Of a DNA stretch of 64,000 nt, positions 38,866 to 50,753 are shown in pieces. How positions within the stretch are numbered: position 1 is the stretch's first letter; each line of letters begins with the position of its first letter. Source of the DNA: Zygnema circumcarinatum SAG 698-1b. Its lineage: Eukaryota > Plantae > Zygnematophyceae. The stretch spans positions 1,984,001 to 2,048,000 of the forward strand of contig CM074811.1 in NCBI GenBank assembly GCA_037447605.1, read 5' to 3'. The notes beneath the pieces are model-generated. The model made no database searches, was not told where the DNA came from, and worked only from the letters and a program-made list of their open reading frames with translations. A program made the position numbers and the translations under genes.

Positions 38866-41800
38866 AAATGTGCAAGTGGCTGGAGACTCCCTCGCGGAAT
38901 ATCCCTCCTCGCACGTGCAGGCCCCATCCAATCCGGAACAAAGGCCGCGGCCTCCGCATGCTCCGCGGGGCTGCGAAGCTTCGCAGAAACTGCGGCACTG
39001 CGAGGGGTCTTTCTGGTCGGGCGCAGACCCGCACTTGCTCGGCCACGTGTCGTCGAAGGTGAAACAGTTCCCAAAGAACAAATCATTGCACACTGGGACG
39101 CCATTAACGGTAAAGGACGGAGTTCCGGAAAAGTAGTTGTTGGCGAATCCCATGGTGGGATCTATCACTGAGTCAAGTTGCAAAGCCAATGGGCCAGAAA
39201 GAATGTTGTTTCTTAAGTCTCTGCCAAATGAAAGACAAGCGCATAAGAAAATTGGCATGGCAGAGCATTACATCCACATTCACAGGATTGGCGCAGTGTG
39301 GGGTTCCACTTCCTCATTCAGCAGTGGAGAAACAGTTGAGGAACCGTTTATGGCTATCCTCCACTCTAGTGCAGTAACTGTGTGACTTGATACCCATCAT
39401 AAATAGCGAGAACAACATGTCCTTGGGTTAGTGCTGCCATTATAACTCGTTACCCGTTCTCCTCAACTTTCAGCCTTTCCTCTCGTAGCAAAAACCCCAA
39501 TTGAACGAGCAGTTAGGTACAACTTGTGTAATCAAAGACGCTTTCCGTGGAGATCACACCAACAAGGTCATCCATGCCATGTTCGTTATACGTCAGGTAC
39601 ACTAGTATCCAAAGGAAGACATACAACTATATTAATAATAACGGTGAGCAATGCATTCGTACATTCGAACAAGCTTAGGGATTAGACTGGAATGACAGAG
39701 AAATCACAAGTCAGAAAAACTCTGAACCGTATGCATTTGGATTGGCCAGATGACTCAAGTGCTCATTCAGAAAATTCTGTAGTTCCCATGAATAATTCAA
39801 TGAGCTTTTCTAAAAGGAGACTGGTTCGTCGTCATTAAACACAAGGGCAAGGGAAAAAAACCACTAGTGTCAAACATCTTACAAGGAACTTAGGCTTCTG
39901 AAATTGTTGAACGTTGGTGGAATAGTGCCCACGAGACTGTTGGACGACAAATCCCTGTCAAGGAGCGGAGAATACGCAAAAAAATAGATCAGGGATGTGT
40001 CTTGTTATGTAAACTACGGCAAAAATGGAAGGCATTCTTCCAACAATTAAGAAATTTGCCTCGTAGAGTGTAATTTCCTCGAGTTCATGACAGTTCTGAT
40101 ACAGCTTTCAGTGAACAAGGTAGTCAGACAAGCCATGCCAAAAGAGGGGTAACATCGCTCCGACAAACTCATCCAACAACAAGTCTGAAAGACACCAAGG
40201 TTTCGGGTGACCCATGTCACGCGCAGACTGTTAAGAACTGAAACGGTCCATTCTCCATTACAATCGAGTCTGAAAGTTAAAATGACATACGCAGTAAGAA
40301 GGCTTCGCATGCTCGCCAGAGATGATGGAAGGCTCCCGTTCAAATTATTGTCAGATAAGTCTCTGCAACCAAGGACAGCTCCTTGCATTAGCCAGTCAAG
40401 TAGAACTCGTATACTCTGTTCAGGGGTCCTTGACGCACAAATGGTCATGCTCCACGAGGCTCTAGCATGGAAACCATTGCCTTTTGGGGTAAAACAGATA
40501 AGAATCAAATCATAAGGATAGTTGTGTAGCCAATGTCTTTGTTCAAGTTTTGTAACGAACAAAGTGAGAGAGACACTTTTTTTCTCTCGGGAACATACAT
40601 TTTTATTGAATATAAAATTGTGAGGTTGAGGAGCTTTACTCAAAACGAGAGAAGTTTACATTCCATACATGTCATGCCATCTATGCTCAACCCTAGATGT
40701 ACAGCCGGATGACGACGAGCATTTCAGTAATGATAGCATATAAAACCTACGTAACTACCTTGAAAGAAATCAACGACCGTGTGTTCAGCGGTTGCCTTCG
40801 TACATGCTTTATAGTAGTAGTTGGGGTTACTTTTGAAAATAGACAGCAACACTATGCTACAAGAAAATTTGTAAAATAACAAGGAACAACATGGTGTGAG
40901 TCTCACAGAGTCTGGACATTTGTAAGGTTCCCAATAGATTCCGGAATGCCACCACTTAGCGCATTATTGTCCAGCTTCCTGCTTTTCCTCGTGATACAAA
41001 GCCAAAAAAAAGCATAACATTCAACGTGTCACCTAACGACATGAAACCCTCCAAATAATCAAAGCATGACAGCGACTAAGTAAGAACCTCCTATAGGCTC
41101 GCATCCGTGGTGAAGGTGGAAAGGTGATATCGAATATCTTTCAGTATCAAATGTTCAAAGCGAAGGATGTGGTAAGCCATAAGAGCCGTCTATTTTCGTA
41201 ACTTAGTTTTCTTATTCAACTAAGGGAAGAACGCGCTGTAAGGGAAGCAATCAATTCCGGCGCGTTACCAATCAAATGCAAATAGTAAGGTCAGGAAAGA
41301 TTTATTTACAGCACTCTAAGGTTTCGAAGGTTCCCAATTGAGGCTGGGATCACTCCACCGAAATTGTTGCCGCTCAAGTCCCTAAACACAAGCAGGTCTC
41401 AAACAAAGCGGTCAGTCCTCAGTTCCTATGTCAGAGCAAAGGATAAAATCTCTCGAACAGCTGAAAAACTTAGGCAACTGCACAATCTAACTGCAAGCAA
41501 TAAAAAGAACTCAAGAAACGTATCCTTGTCATGATATTGCATACATTAAAAATAGTGAGGTTGAGGAGCTTTACTCAAAACGAGAGAAGTTTACATTCCA
41601 TATATGTCATGTCATCTATGGTCAACCCTAGATGTACAGCCGGATGAAGACGAGCATTTTAGTAACGATAGCATATAAAACCTACGTAACTACCTTGAAA
41701 GAAATCAACGACCGTGTGTTCAGCGGTTGCTTTGCTACACGCTTTATAGTAGTTGAGGTTACTTGTGAAATAAGACAGCAACGCTATGCTTCAGGAAAAT

Positions 41801-43346
41801 TTGTAGAACGACATAGACGACACAAGTTTGAACAAGATGGTGCGAGTCTCACAGCGTCTGGACATTTGTAAGGTTCCCAATAGATTCCGGAATGGCTCCA
41901 ATTAGCGAATTACTGTTCAGCTTCCTGTTTTGCCTCTCGATGCAAAGCGAAGAAAACAGCATAGCATTCAACTTGTCACCTAACGACATGAATTCCTCCA
42001 AAGAATCAAAGTATGACAGCAACTAAGTAAGAACCTCCTATAGGCTCGCATCTGTGGTGAAGGTGGAAATGTGATATCTAATTTCTTCGAGTGTCAAAGT
42101 TCAAAACGAAGGATGTGGTCAGCCATAGGAGCCGTTTATTTTCGTTACTAAATTTTCTTATTCTAGTAAAGGATAAGGAACGCGCTTTAAGGGAAGGAAT
42201 CAATTCCGGCACGTTACGGATTAAATGCAAACAGTAAGGTCACGAATGATTTATTTACAGCACTCTAAGATTTCGAAGGTTCCCAATTGAGGCTGGGACC
42301 ACTCCACCGAAATTGTTCCCGCTCAAGTCCCTAAACACAAGCAGGTATCAAACAAAGCGGTGAGTCCTCAGTTCCAATGTCAGAGCAAAGGATGAAGTCT
42401 TTCCACCAGCTTAAAAACTTAGGCAACTGCTCAATCTAACTGCAAGCAATAAAAAGAACTCAAAAACGATATCCTTGTCGTGATATTGCATACAGGATTC
42501 TGCTCCGACTGCATTCATAACATTGAATGCCGCTTTTGCAGAGTCCGATGTGTACACTCACAGCTCTTGCAGAGTATCCAAGAAACCAATGGAGTTTGGG
42601 ATGCTTCCGTTCAGTTTGAAACCAGGAAGCTTTCTGCAAGGAGAATAGATTGTTTTAAAGATAACGTCCATCCAAAGCATTATCCTAACCAGCTAAAATG
42701 ACACTTTCGAGTTATACTACTGGAATTATTCAGAAATAGGGCTCTCAGCAATACGACTTTTTTAGGTATTCACTCAGACGAAAGCATGCCACACTACTTC
42801 AACGTCAGCCTTCTGCCCTTCAGGGCATTAGCCATGAATGAAGCAGCGAGGGGATATACGCACTCAAAACTGAGTCGCAAGACTTGCCCAGTGGCCATTC
42901 TCCCAAGCATGAAAAGCACTAAACTGTCATGTCCGGAACAAGAGCCTAACCTATGAAAAGTCTAACACACAGTGACGTTATCTTTTTCTCAGCGCGTTCC
43001 TGAAAACTGCCTTGCCGTCACCGGAACTGACGACACTCCACGGTGAAGCGAAATCGCCCATAAATGTAGATACTGCACTATGTGTAAGGACCGGATCCCG
43101 CATGCAATCAACATTTTACGTAGAGGAAGCAATTGAGAGACTGATAGGGAGCCATAACCTAGTTTCCTACGATCCATGTAATAGGCAATATAAGGAAGAG
43201 TAAGTGGACGTACACTGAAACCAGGACCTGATTATTATCACACTTCACTCCGCTCCATCGGCACAAAGAAACACCAGGTTTCCAGTCGACTAACTTGTTT
43301 CTAGGATCGCTTACAATTGCCGCTTTGAAACTCAGAAGAACTTGTT
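38866..43346 (-). CDS. Second LRR block: LRRNT exon, seven 72-nt LRR exons and an LRR-cap/EGF exon
   Basis: 43214-43346 EQVLLSFKAAIVSDPRNKLVDWKPGVSLCRWSGVKCD. 72-nt exons at 42562-42633, 42259-42330, 41853-41924, 41310-41381, 40907-40978, 40291-40362, 39883-39954 (e.g. DLSGNNFGGVVPASIGNLRNLRVL). Then DLRNNILSG...CRSFC...CGGRGLCSGLDGACTCEEGY. Confidence 0.9.
40610..42495. repeat. Tandem duplication of a ~945-bp unit carrying two LRR exons
   Basis: gtgaggttgaggagctttactcaaaacgagagaagtttacattcc at ~40620 and ~41555. Paired exons DLSGNNFGGV(I/V)PASIGNLRNLRVL and KL(D/N)(N/S)N..IPESIGNLTNVQTL occur in both copies. Confidence 0.92.
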
Positions 43347-43678
43347 CTGCACAATAGCATAGAAGATATTTTACATTACTTACAAGTGAGCGTTCTGTTG
43401 ACCTCTCTAGGAATCTGATGCAATATGATAACTTTTAGTGTCGTGTGCAGAGGATTATTACAGATCTCTCGTCAAAAAGAAACTAACTCCCCATCCGATA
43501 GCCAAATGATAACAAAACAAGAATTGACTGCAACACAACTTCGTAGTGATCTTCAAGTTCAACGATTGTGCAGACTCGAATCCAAACATTCCAAAATGAT
43601 CAGAAGAAAGACAGGGGCGAACTGTAACACTACAAAACAGAAGCCATAGGAGGTGGCAAGGAACAAGGCGAAGAGTAC

Positions 43679-45151
43679 CAGCAGCGGTAAGGGGAGGAGG
43701 GAAGGAAGGAGAAGCTCTCGGAGGGGGCATTCGAGGAGGGGGTCGAGGGCTGAGAGGAGGTAGACGCGAGGGAAGGGGAGGAGGAGAGAGGCTCGGAGGT
43801 GGTGGTGAAGGAGGAGGAAGGGGTGGTGGAGGACGGGGAGGAGGAGAGAGGCTCGGGGTGGTGGTGAAGGAGGAGGAAGGGGTGGTGGAGAAGGGCTTGG
43901 AGGGGGTGGTGGAGGAGGAGGAAGGGGTGGTGGAGAAGGGCTTGGAGGGGGTGGTGGAGGAGGAGGAAGGGGTGGTGGAGAAGGGCTTGGAGGGGGTGGT
44001 GGAGGAGGAGGAAGGGGTGGTGGAGAAGGGCTTGGTGGAGGGGGTGGTGGAGGAGGAGGAAGGGGAGGTGGAGGGGGTGGTGGAGGAGGAGGAAGGGGTG
44101 GTGGAGAAGGGCTTGGAGGGAGTGGTGAACGCGGAGGACGGGGAGGAGGAGAGGGGCTCGGAGGGGTGTGGTGAAGGAGGAGGACGGGGTGAAGGGCTTG
44201 GAGGGAGTGGTGAACGCGGAGGACGGGGAGGAGGAGAGGGGCTCGGAGGTGGTGGTGAAGGAGGAGGAAGGGGTGGTGGAGAAGGGCTTGGAGGGGGTGG
44301 TGGAGGAGGAGGAAGGGGTGGTGGAGAAGGGCTTGGAGGGGGTGGTGGAGGAGGAGGAAGGGGAGGAGGAGGGGGTAGGCCGCGGAGGAGGGGAGAAGGG
44401 GTGGTGAAGGCGGAGGAAGGGGGGGAGGAGGAGGGAGGCTCGGAGGTGGTGGTGAAGGAGGAGGAAGGGGTGGTGGAGAAGGGCTTGAGGGGGTGGTGGA
44501 GGAGGAGGAAGGGGTGGTGGAGAAGGGCTTGGAGGGGGTGGTGGAGGAGGAGGAAGGGGTGGTGGAGAAGGGCTTGGAGGGGGTGGTGGAGGAGGAGGAA
44601 GGGGTGGTGGAGAAGGGCTTGGAGGGAGTGGTGGAGGAGGAGGAAGGGGTGGTGGAGAAGGGCTTGGAGGGAGTGGTGAACGCGGAGGACGGGGAGGAGG
44701 AGAGGGGCTCGGAGGTGGTGGTGAAGGAGGAGGAAGGGGTGGTGGAGAAGGGCTTGGAGGGAGTGGTGAACGCGGAGGACGGGGAGGAGGAGAGGGGCTC
44801 GGAGGTGGTGGTGGAGGAGGAAGGGGTGGTGGAGAAGGGCTTGGAGGGGGTGGTGGAGGAGGAAGGGGTGGTGGAGAAGGGCTTGGAGGGGGTGGTGGAG
44901 GAGGAGGAAGGGGTGGTGGAGAAGGGCTTGGAGGGAGTGGTGGAGGAGGAGGGCTTGGAGAGGGAGTGGTGAACGCGGAGGACGGGGAGGAGGAGAGGGG
45001 CTCGGAGGTGGTGGTGAAGGAGGAAGGGGTGGTGGAGAAGGGCTTGGAGGGGGTGGTGGAGGAGGAGGACTCGGAGAGGGACGTCGAGGAGGGGGTCGAG
45101 GACTCGGAGGAGGTGGACGCGGAGGAAGGGATGGAGGAGGCGATGTTGAAG
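43679..45151 (-). repeat. 1473-nt exon of 45-bp minisatellite units encoding a Ser/Pro-rich (HRGP/extensin-like) stalk
   Basis: Flanked by cag| and |gt, phase 1-1, no stops. The unit translates PPPPPSPSPPPLPPP, with internal compensated register shifts. Confidence 0.85.
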
Positions 45152-45798
45152 CTGCAGTAATTCAGGGCACTTTATGAGTTTCCGTTCATACTTAAAGGTG
45201 GATTCACTTCTTCCATAGATTACATATTCTAATCAAAGCACGTCCCTATTAACGTTCTGGGATGATGCAGAACGAAATCGAAACTATTCAGAAGAAAATA
45301 GAGTTACTACAATTCTTTTGTCGTGATATTTTATCATCGACGTGCCTCTCAGGCATCTCCACAGAAAATCAGATGCCTATGTCACTTATCGAGCTACGCA
45401 ATTCTGACTTTGAAAGCAGCAAGGTCAAACTCGCAGGGTATCTAGCTACTGCAAATGGGGCTGCGATATGTTATGGCTTGCACAGGATTGTAATTCATCG
45501 AGAAGATTATCGCAAGCTTCAAACATGATATCGAAACGGCACTTTCGATACATCCTAATAAACTTTGCGCCATTTACTGAATGAGATTGCAGAGTTCACC
45601 ACGTAATGCTTGCGACATGCTTCTATAAGTTCGAGAATTGAACCACATATATTGGCGGCATCACATGGATCGCATTAAGTGTGCTCTATCAACAACGACA
45701 GTGTAAAAGTTGATAGCAATGCGATAGTTTCCACAACCTCTGCCACCCTGTACTTTTCCTTTCTTGTGAGTATTTACAAGCAGCAAGTTGCAACTCAC

Positions 45799-46760
45799 CA
45801 CACGTGCCCGATGCCAGCGCATATCCCTTGTCGCATGTGCACGTGGCCGTGTCGTACCCGCACGTGCCGCGGCCCCCGCACGCTCCCTCGGGCGAACCGC
45901 TCTGGCAGAAGGCCGCGCAACCTTGCGAAGGTCTCTGCGCTTGAGCTGCGCCACATCCTGTGATATCGCGATAAATGCAGTTGTTGTTGTTGTAGTTGGA
46001 GGAGCAATAAGGTTGCCCGTTCTTTGTAATGTTGATTGGCCCGGAGAAGTAGTTGTATTGGAAATCTAGGTCCTGAAGGTAATCGCTAGCAAGAGTTATG
46101 GAGCCAGTCAATTTGTTGTTGTTGAAGTACCTGATGACAATAAGGGTGGCGCGTTAGAGGGAGAGAGAGAGAGGAACTTTCCAACAAAACCCATTCAAGT
46201 CTTCCTTGTGTCATAGCCACTGAAAACATTCGCTCGTGCTGTCTGCAAAGTTTCTGACTCCTTCACGACCCTACACAACCTGCAGCCTGCAAATAGTGAA
46301 CCCCTAAATCTCTAAGCCTTTCCCTACACCCATTCTGCCTGCAATCCCATCAACCTTGAACCCACTAAACCCCCATAGCTTCTGAAGCCTTTAACTGATA
46401 AGCCCCTAAAACCCCTCGAACTTAATGGCCAGTCTGAACCCTAGCCCTAATCCGTAAACTCTAAATCCTAAACTCTCTACGACAAAGTCCAATCTCTTGC
46501 ATGCAAAAAGTGCGCGTTATTGGGCGTCAAAAAAGCCCACGCCGTGACAGAAGTGACCAAAAATATGGCATAAACTTAAAACTCATGCAAGCGCGAAATA
46601 AATGTGATAGTTTGAGAGGTACAAATGCTCGGCCGAGAGCAAAAAATTCAAACTGCAGATGCAGCGTTATCGATGCAGTGGTGCTTACAGGTACTGCAGT
46701 CCGGTGAGTTTAGAGATGAAGCCGGACACTCTCCCCTCCAGTTTGTTGCTGCTCAGGTCC
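45799..46760 (-). CDS. End of first LRR block plus Cys cap and EGF-like domain
   Basis: 46689-46760 DLSSNKLEGRVSGFISKLTGLQYL; 45799-46130 YFNNNKLTGSI...LDFQYNYFSG...NCIY...QRPSQGCAAFC...CGGRGTCGYDTATCTCDKGYALASGTC. Confidence 0.88.
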
Positions 46761-47477
46761 CTATAGACATACGCAACGACAAAAAGTTCAACAAAAAGGA
46801 TAATGCTGGTTCTGGACTGAACAGGATTAAATCAGGTATCCAACTCTACGTTCTATCGAAATCTCAAACGCAGTCTCACAAAAAGGGAGTGCGAGATTAA
46901 AATTTTACTCGCATATATTGCAAGATGCAAAGAAGTCACTGCACTTATGATTTCAGAAAAAAAGCCATACAAATTCATACAAATCATACAAGTTTGCGAG
47001 GTTCCCAATAGAGTTCGGGATGACGCCCCTCAGAATTAGTCAAGCGTCTACATGTGAATTGGCATCCACCGATCTTCATAAAAAGCTTCGCGAGCTCCAC
47101 GGATGTTTCGCAGAAAAAAAAAAGAAAATTGAAACTCGGTTGAATGATTGCTCAAATGCAAACCGAAGCTCCAAGTTGCCACGTGCCAACCGACCAATGA
47201 GCAGCTTCGCGGCATCTCCTCCTCCATGGGGGGCGGAGGCGGCGGAGGGCTCTGCGCAGCATATGGCATGGAGGAGGAGATGCCGCCATGGGCCACGCGC
47301 AGTTGACACGACACGGGTCCTCTCAAGGGCGGAAGGCACCGCTCGCAGGCACCGCCAGGAGGAGGAGTGGCGCAGGGCAGAATTTGAAGTGAATCTGACA
47401 CTGCGACGTGATTGGTTGGAAGATTCTCGACACGTCAGTATGATCTGATACGGGGCGAGGGGCTTTCAGCTTCTTAA

Positions 47478-50425
47478 ATACTTACAAGTATTGCAGATTC
47501 GCAAGGTTGCCGATAGAATCCGGGACAAACCCACTTAGGGAATTATAAGCCAAGTCTCTGCCAAAAATTAAAAAAAAACTAGGCACTGAATAAACATGCT
47601 GCCACGACTAGCATTTTTATCACTGGCATTCCTCTGTTTGGCATTTCCATCACTTTCATTTCAGATTTCTGGGGAAAATTACTCACAAGTAGGACAGAAT
47701 CGCAAGGTTCTTGATAGAATCCGGGATAGACCCTATTAGGGAATTTGAAGACAGGTCTCTGCCAAAAAAAAAACAAGGCACTGAATAAACATGCTGCCAC
47801 GACTAGCATTCAACTCACTGGCATTCCTCTGTCTGACATTTCTATCTCTGGCAATTCAGATTTATGGGGAAAAATACTTACAAGTATTGCAGATTCGTAA
47901 GATTGCCGATAGAATCCGGAATTGACCCCGTTAGGGAATTATAAGACAAGTCTCTGCCAAAAATTAAAAAAAAACTAGGCACTGAATAAACATGCTGCCA
48001 CGACTAGCATTTTTATCACTGGCATTCCTCTGTTTGGCATTTCCATCACTTTCATTTCAGATTTATGGGGAAAAATACTTACAACGTTTGCAGATTCGCA
48101 AGGTTGCCGATAGAATCCGGGACAAACCCAAATAGGAATTATAAGACAAGTCTCTGCCAAAAATTAAAAAAAAAACTAGGCACTGAATAAACATGCTGCC
48201 ACGACTAGCATTTTTATCACTGGCATTCCTCTGTTTGGCATTTCCATCACTTTCATTTCAGATTTATGGGGAAAAATACTTACAAGTATTGCAGATTTGC
48301 AAGGTTGCCGATAGAATCTGGGATAAACCCTGTTAGGGAATTAGAGGACAAGGATCTGCCAAAAATAAAAAAACATGGGAATTGAATAAACATGCTGCCA
48401 CGACTAGCATTTCTATTACTGGCATTCCTCTTTCTAACATTTCTATCACTTTCATTTCAGATTTATGGGGAAAAATACTTACAACCAAAAAAGATTCGCA
48501 AGGTTGCCGATAGAATCCGGGACAAACCCAAATAGGGAATTATAAGACAAGTCTCTGCCAAAAATTAAAAAAAAACTAGGCACTGAATAAACATGCTGCC
48601 ACGACTAGCATTTCTATCACTGGCATTCCTCTGTTTGGCATTTCCATCACTTTCATTTCAGATTTATGGGGAAAAATACTTACAAGTATTGCAGATTCGC
48701 AAGGTTGCCGATAGAATCCGGGACAAACCCACTTAGGGAATTATAAGACAAGTCTCTGCCAAAAATTAAAAAAAAACTAGGCACTGAATAAACATGCTGC
48801 CACGACTAGCATTTCTATCACTGGCATTCCTCTGTTTGGCATTTCCATCACTTTCATTTCAGATTTATGGGGAAAAATACTTACAAGTATTGCAGATTCG
48901 CAAGGTTGCCGATAGAATCCGGGATAAACCCACTTAGGGAATTATAAAACAAGTTTCTGCCAAAAATTAAGAAAAAACTAGGCACTGAATAAACATGCTG
49001 CCACGACTAGCATTTCTATCACTGGCATTCCTCTGTTTGGCATTTCCATCACTTTCATTTCAGATTTATGGGGAAAAATACTTACAAGTATTGCAGATTC
49101 GCAAGGTTGCCGATAGAATCCGGGACAAACCCACTTAGGGAATTATAAGACAAGTCTCTGCCAAAAATTAAAAAAAAACTAGGCACTGAATAAACATGCT
49201 GCCACGACTAGCATTTCTATCACTGGCATTCCTCTGTTTGGCATTTCCATCACTTTCATTTCAGATTTATGGGGAAAAATACTTACAAGTATTGCAGATT
49301 CGCAAGGTTGCCGATAGAATCCGGGACAAACCCACTTAGGGAATTATAAGACAAGTCTCTGCCAAAAATTAAAAAAAAACTAGGCACTGAATAAACATGC
49401 TGCCACGACTAGCATTTCTATCACTGGCATTCCTCTGTTTGGCATTTCCATCACTTTCATTTCAGATTTATGGGGAAAAATACTTACAAGTATTGCAGAT
49501 TCGCAAGGTTGCCGATAGAATCCGGGACAAACCCACTTAGGGAATTATAAGACAAGTCTCTGCCAAAAATTAAAAAAAAACTAGGCACTGAATAAACATG
49601 CTGCCACGACTAGCATTTCTATCACTGGCATTCCTCTGTTTGGCATTTCCATCACTTTCATTTCAGATTTATGGGGAAAAATACTTACAAGTATTGCAGA
49701 TTTGCAAGGTTGCCGATAGAATCTGGGATAAACCCTGTTAGGGAATTAGAGGACAAGGATCTGCCAAAAATAAAAAAACATGGGAATTGAATAAACATGC
49801 TGCCACGACTAGCATTTCTATTACTGGCATTCCTCTTTCTAACATTTCTATCACTTTCATTTCAGATTTATGGGGAAAAATACTTACAACCAAAAAAGAT
49901 TCGCAAGGTTGCCGATAGAATCCGGGATAGACCCAAATAGGGAATTATAAGACAAGTCTCTGCCAAAAAGTAAAAAAAAAGGCACTGAATAAACATGCTG
50001 CCACGACTAGCATTTCTTTCACTGGCATTCCTCTGTCTGACATTTCTATCTCTGGCAATTCAGATTTATAAGGAAAAATACTTACAAGTATTACAGATTC
50101 GTAAGGTTGCCGATAGAATCCGGAATTGACCCCGTTAGGGAATTATAAGACAAGTCTCTGCCAAAAAGAAAAAAAAAAGGGCACTGAATAAACATGCTGC
50201 CACGACTAGCATTTCTCTCACTGGCATTCCTCTGTCTGGCATTTCTATCTCTTTCATTTCAGATTTATGGGGAAAAATACTTACAAGTATTGCAGATTCG
50301 CAAGGTTGCCGATAGAATCCGGGATAAACCCCGTTAGGGAATTATGAGCCAAGTCTCTGCCAAAAATTAAAAAAATACTAGGCACTGAATAAACATGCTG
50401 CCACGACTAGCATTTCTATCACTGA
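47478..50425 (-). repeat. Tandem array of 15 ~200-bp units, each one 72-nt LRR exon plus intron
   Basis: Exon low coordinates: 47486, 47687, 47882, 48083, 48284, 48483, 48684, 48885, 49086, 49287, 49488, 49689, 49888, 50086, 50285. Each is bounded by ttttggcag| and |gtaag (one gtgag). Consensus DLSYNSLSGFVPDSIGNLANLQYL. Confidence 0.95.
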
Positions 50426-50753
50426 CACTTTATGGAATGGAGACATTCAGAAATTTTTCAACTTTTTCTGGTTACCGATGGCAGGTGAAATGGTTCCTTC
50501 AACGCCGTAGGACCATAAAACTCCATGACATAACATGACTAGCATTTCATAAGGCAGGTTAACTGGGAGAGCGTCAGAAGAAGAAAGGGCCGCGGGCAGG
50601 AGAAGGACTGCTCCGGGCGGCATTTTCTAGCCGCTTTCTGAGGAGTCTGCTTCCCGCAGACCCTCCTCGCAGCCTCGGGCTGCAGTTCAGCAGCTATGGA
50701 ATCCGCGGAGCCCCCAACATCACAAGCGGGTCTTCAGTCAAAGTGTGGCTCAC

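Noticed and set aside
43858-45160. Plus-strand Glu/Val/Gly-rich ORFs (VVEEEEGVVEKGLEG)
   Set aside because: Antisense shadows of the Pro/Ser exon, which has in-phase splice sites on the minus strand
47090-47470. GC-rich intronic segment as a transposon insertion
   Set aside because: No convincing terminal inverted repeats or target-site duplication found by eye
38541-50093. TAA read as Gln (alternative nuclear code), which would explain two in-frame TAAs
   Set aside because: TAA ends the NAP and XK-1 genes, and TAG ends FPS and TRAX at conserved C-termini, so the standard code applies
47478-50425. CRISPR array or non-coding satellite
   Set aside because: Eukaryotic context and no unique spacers; every unit carries splice sites and a 24-codon LRR
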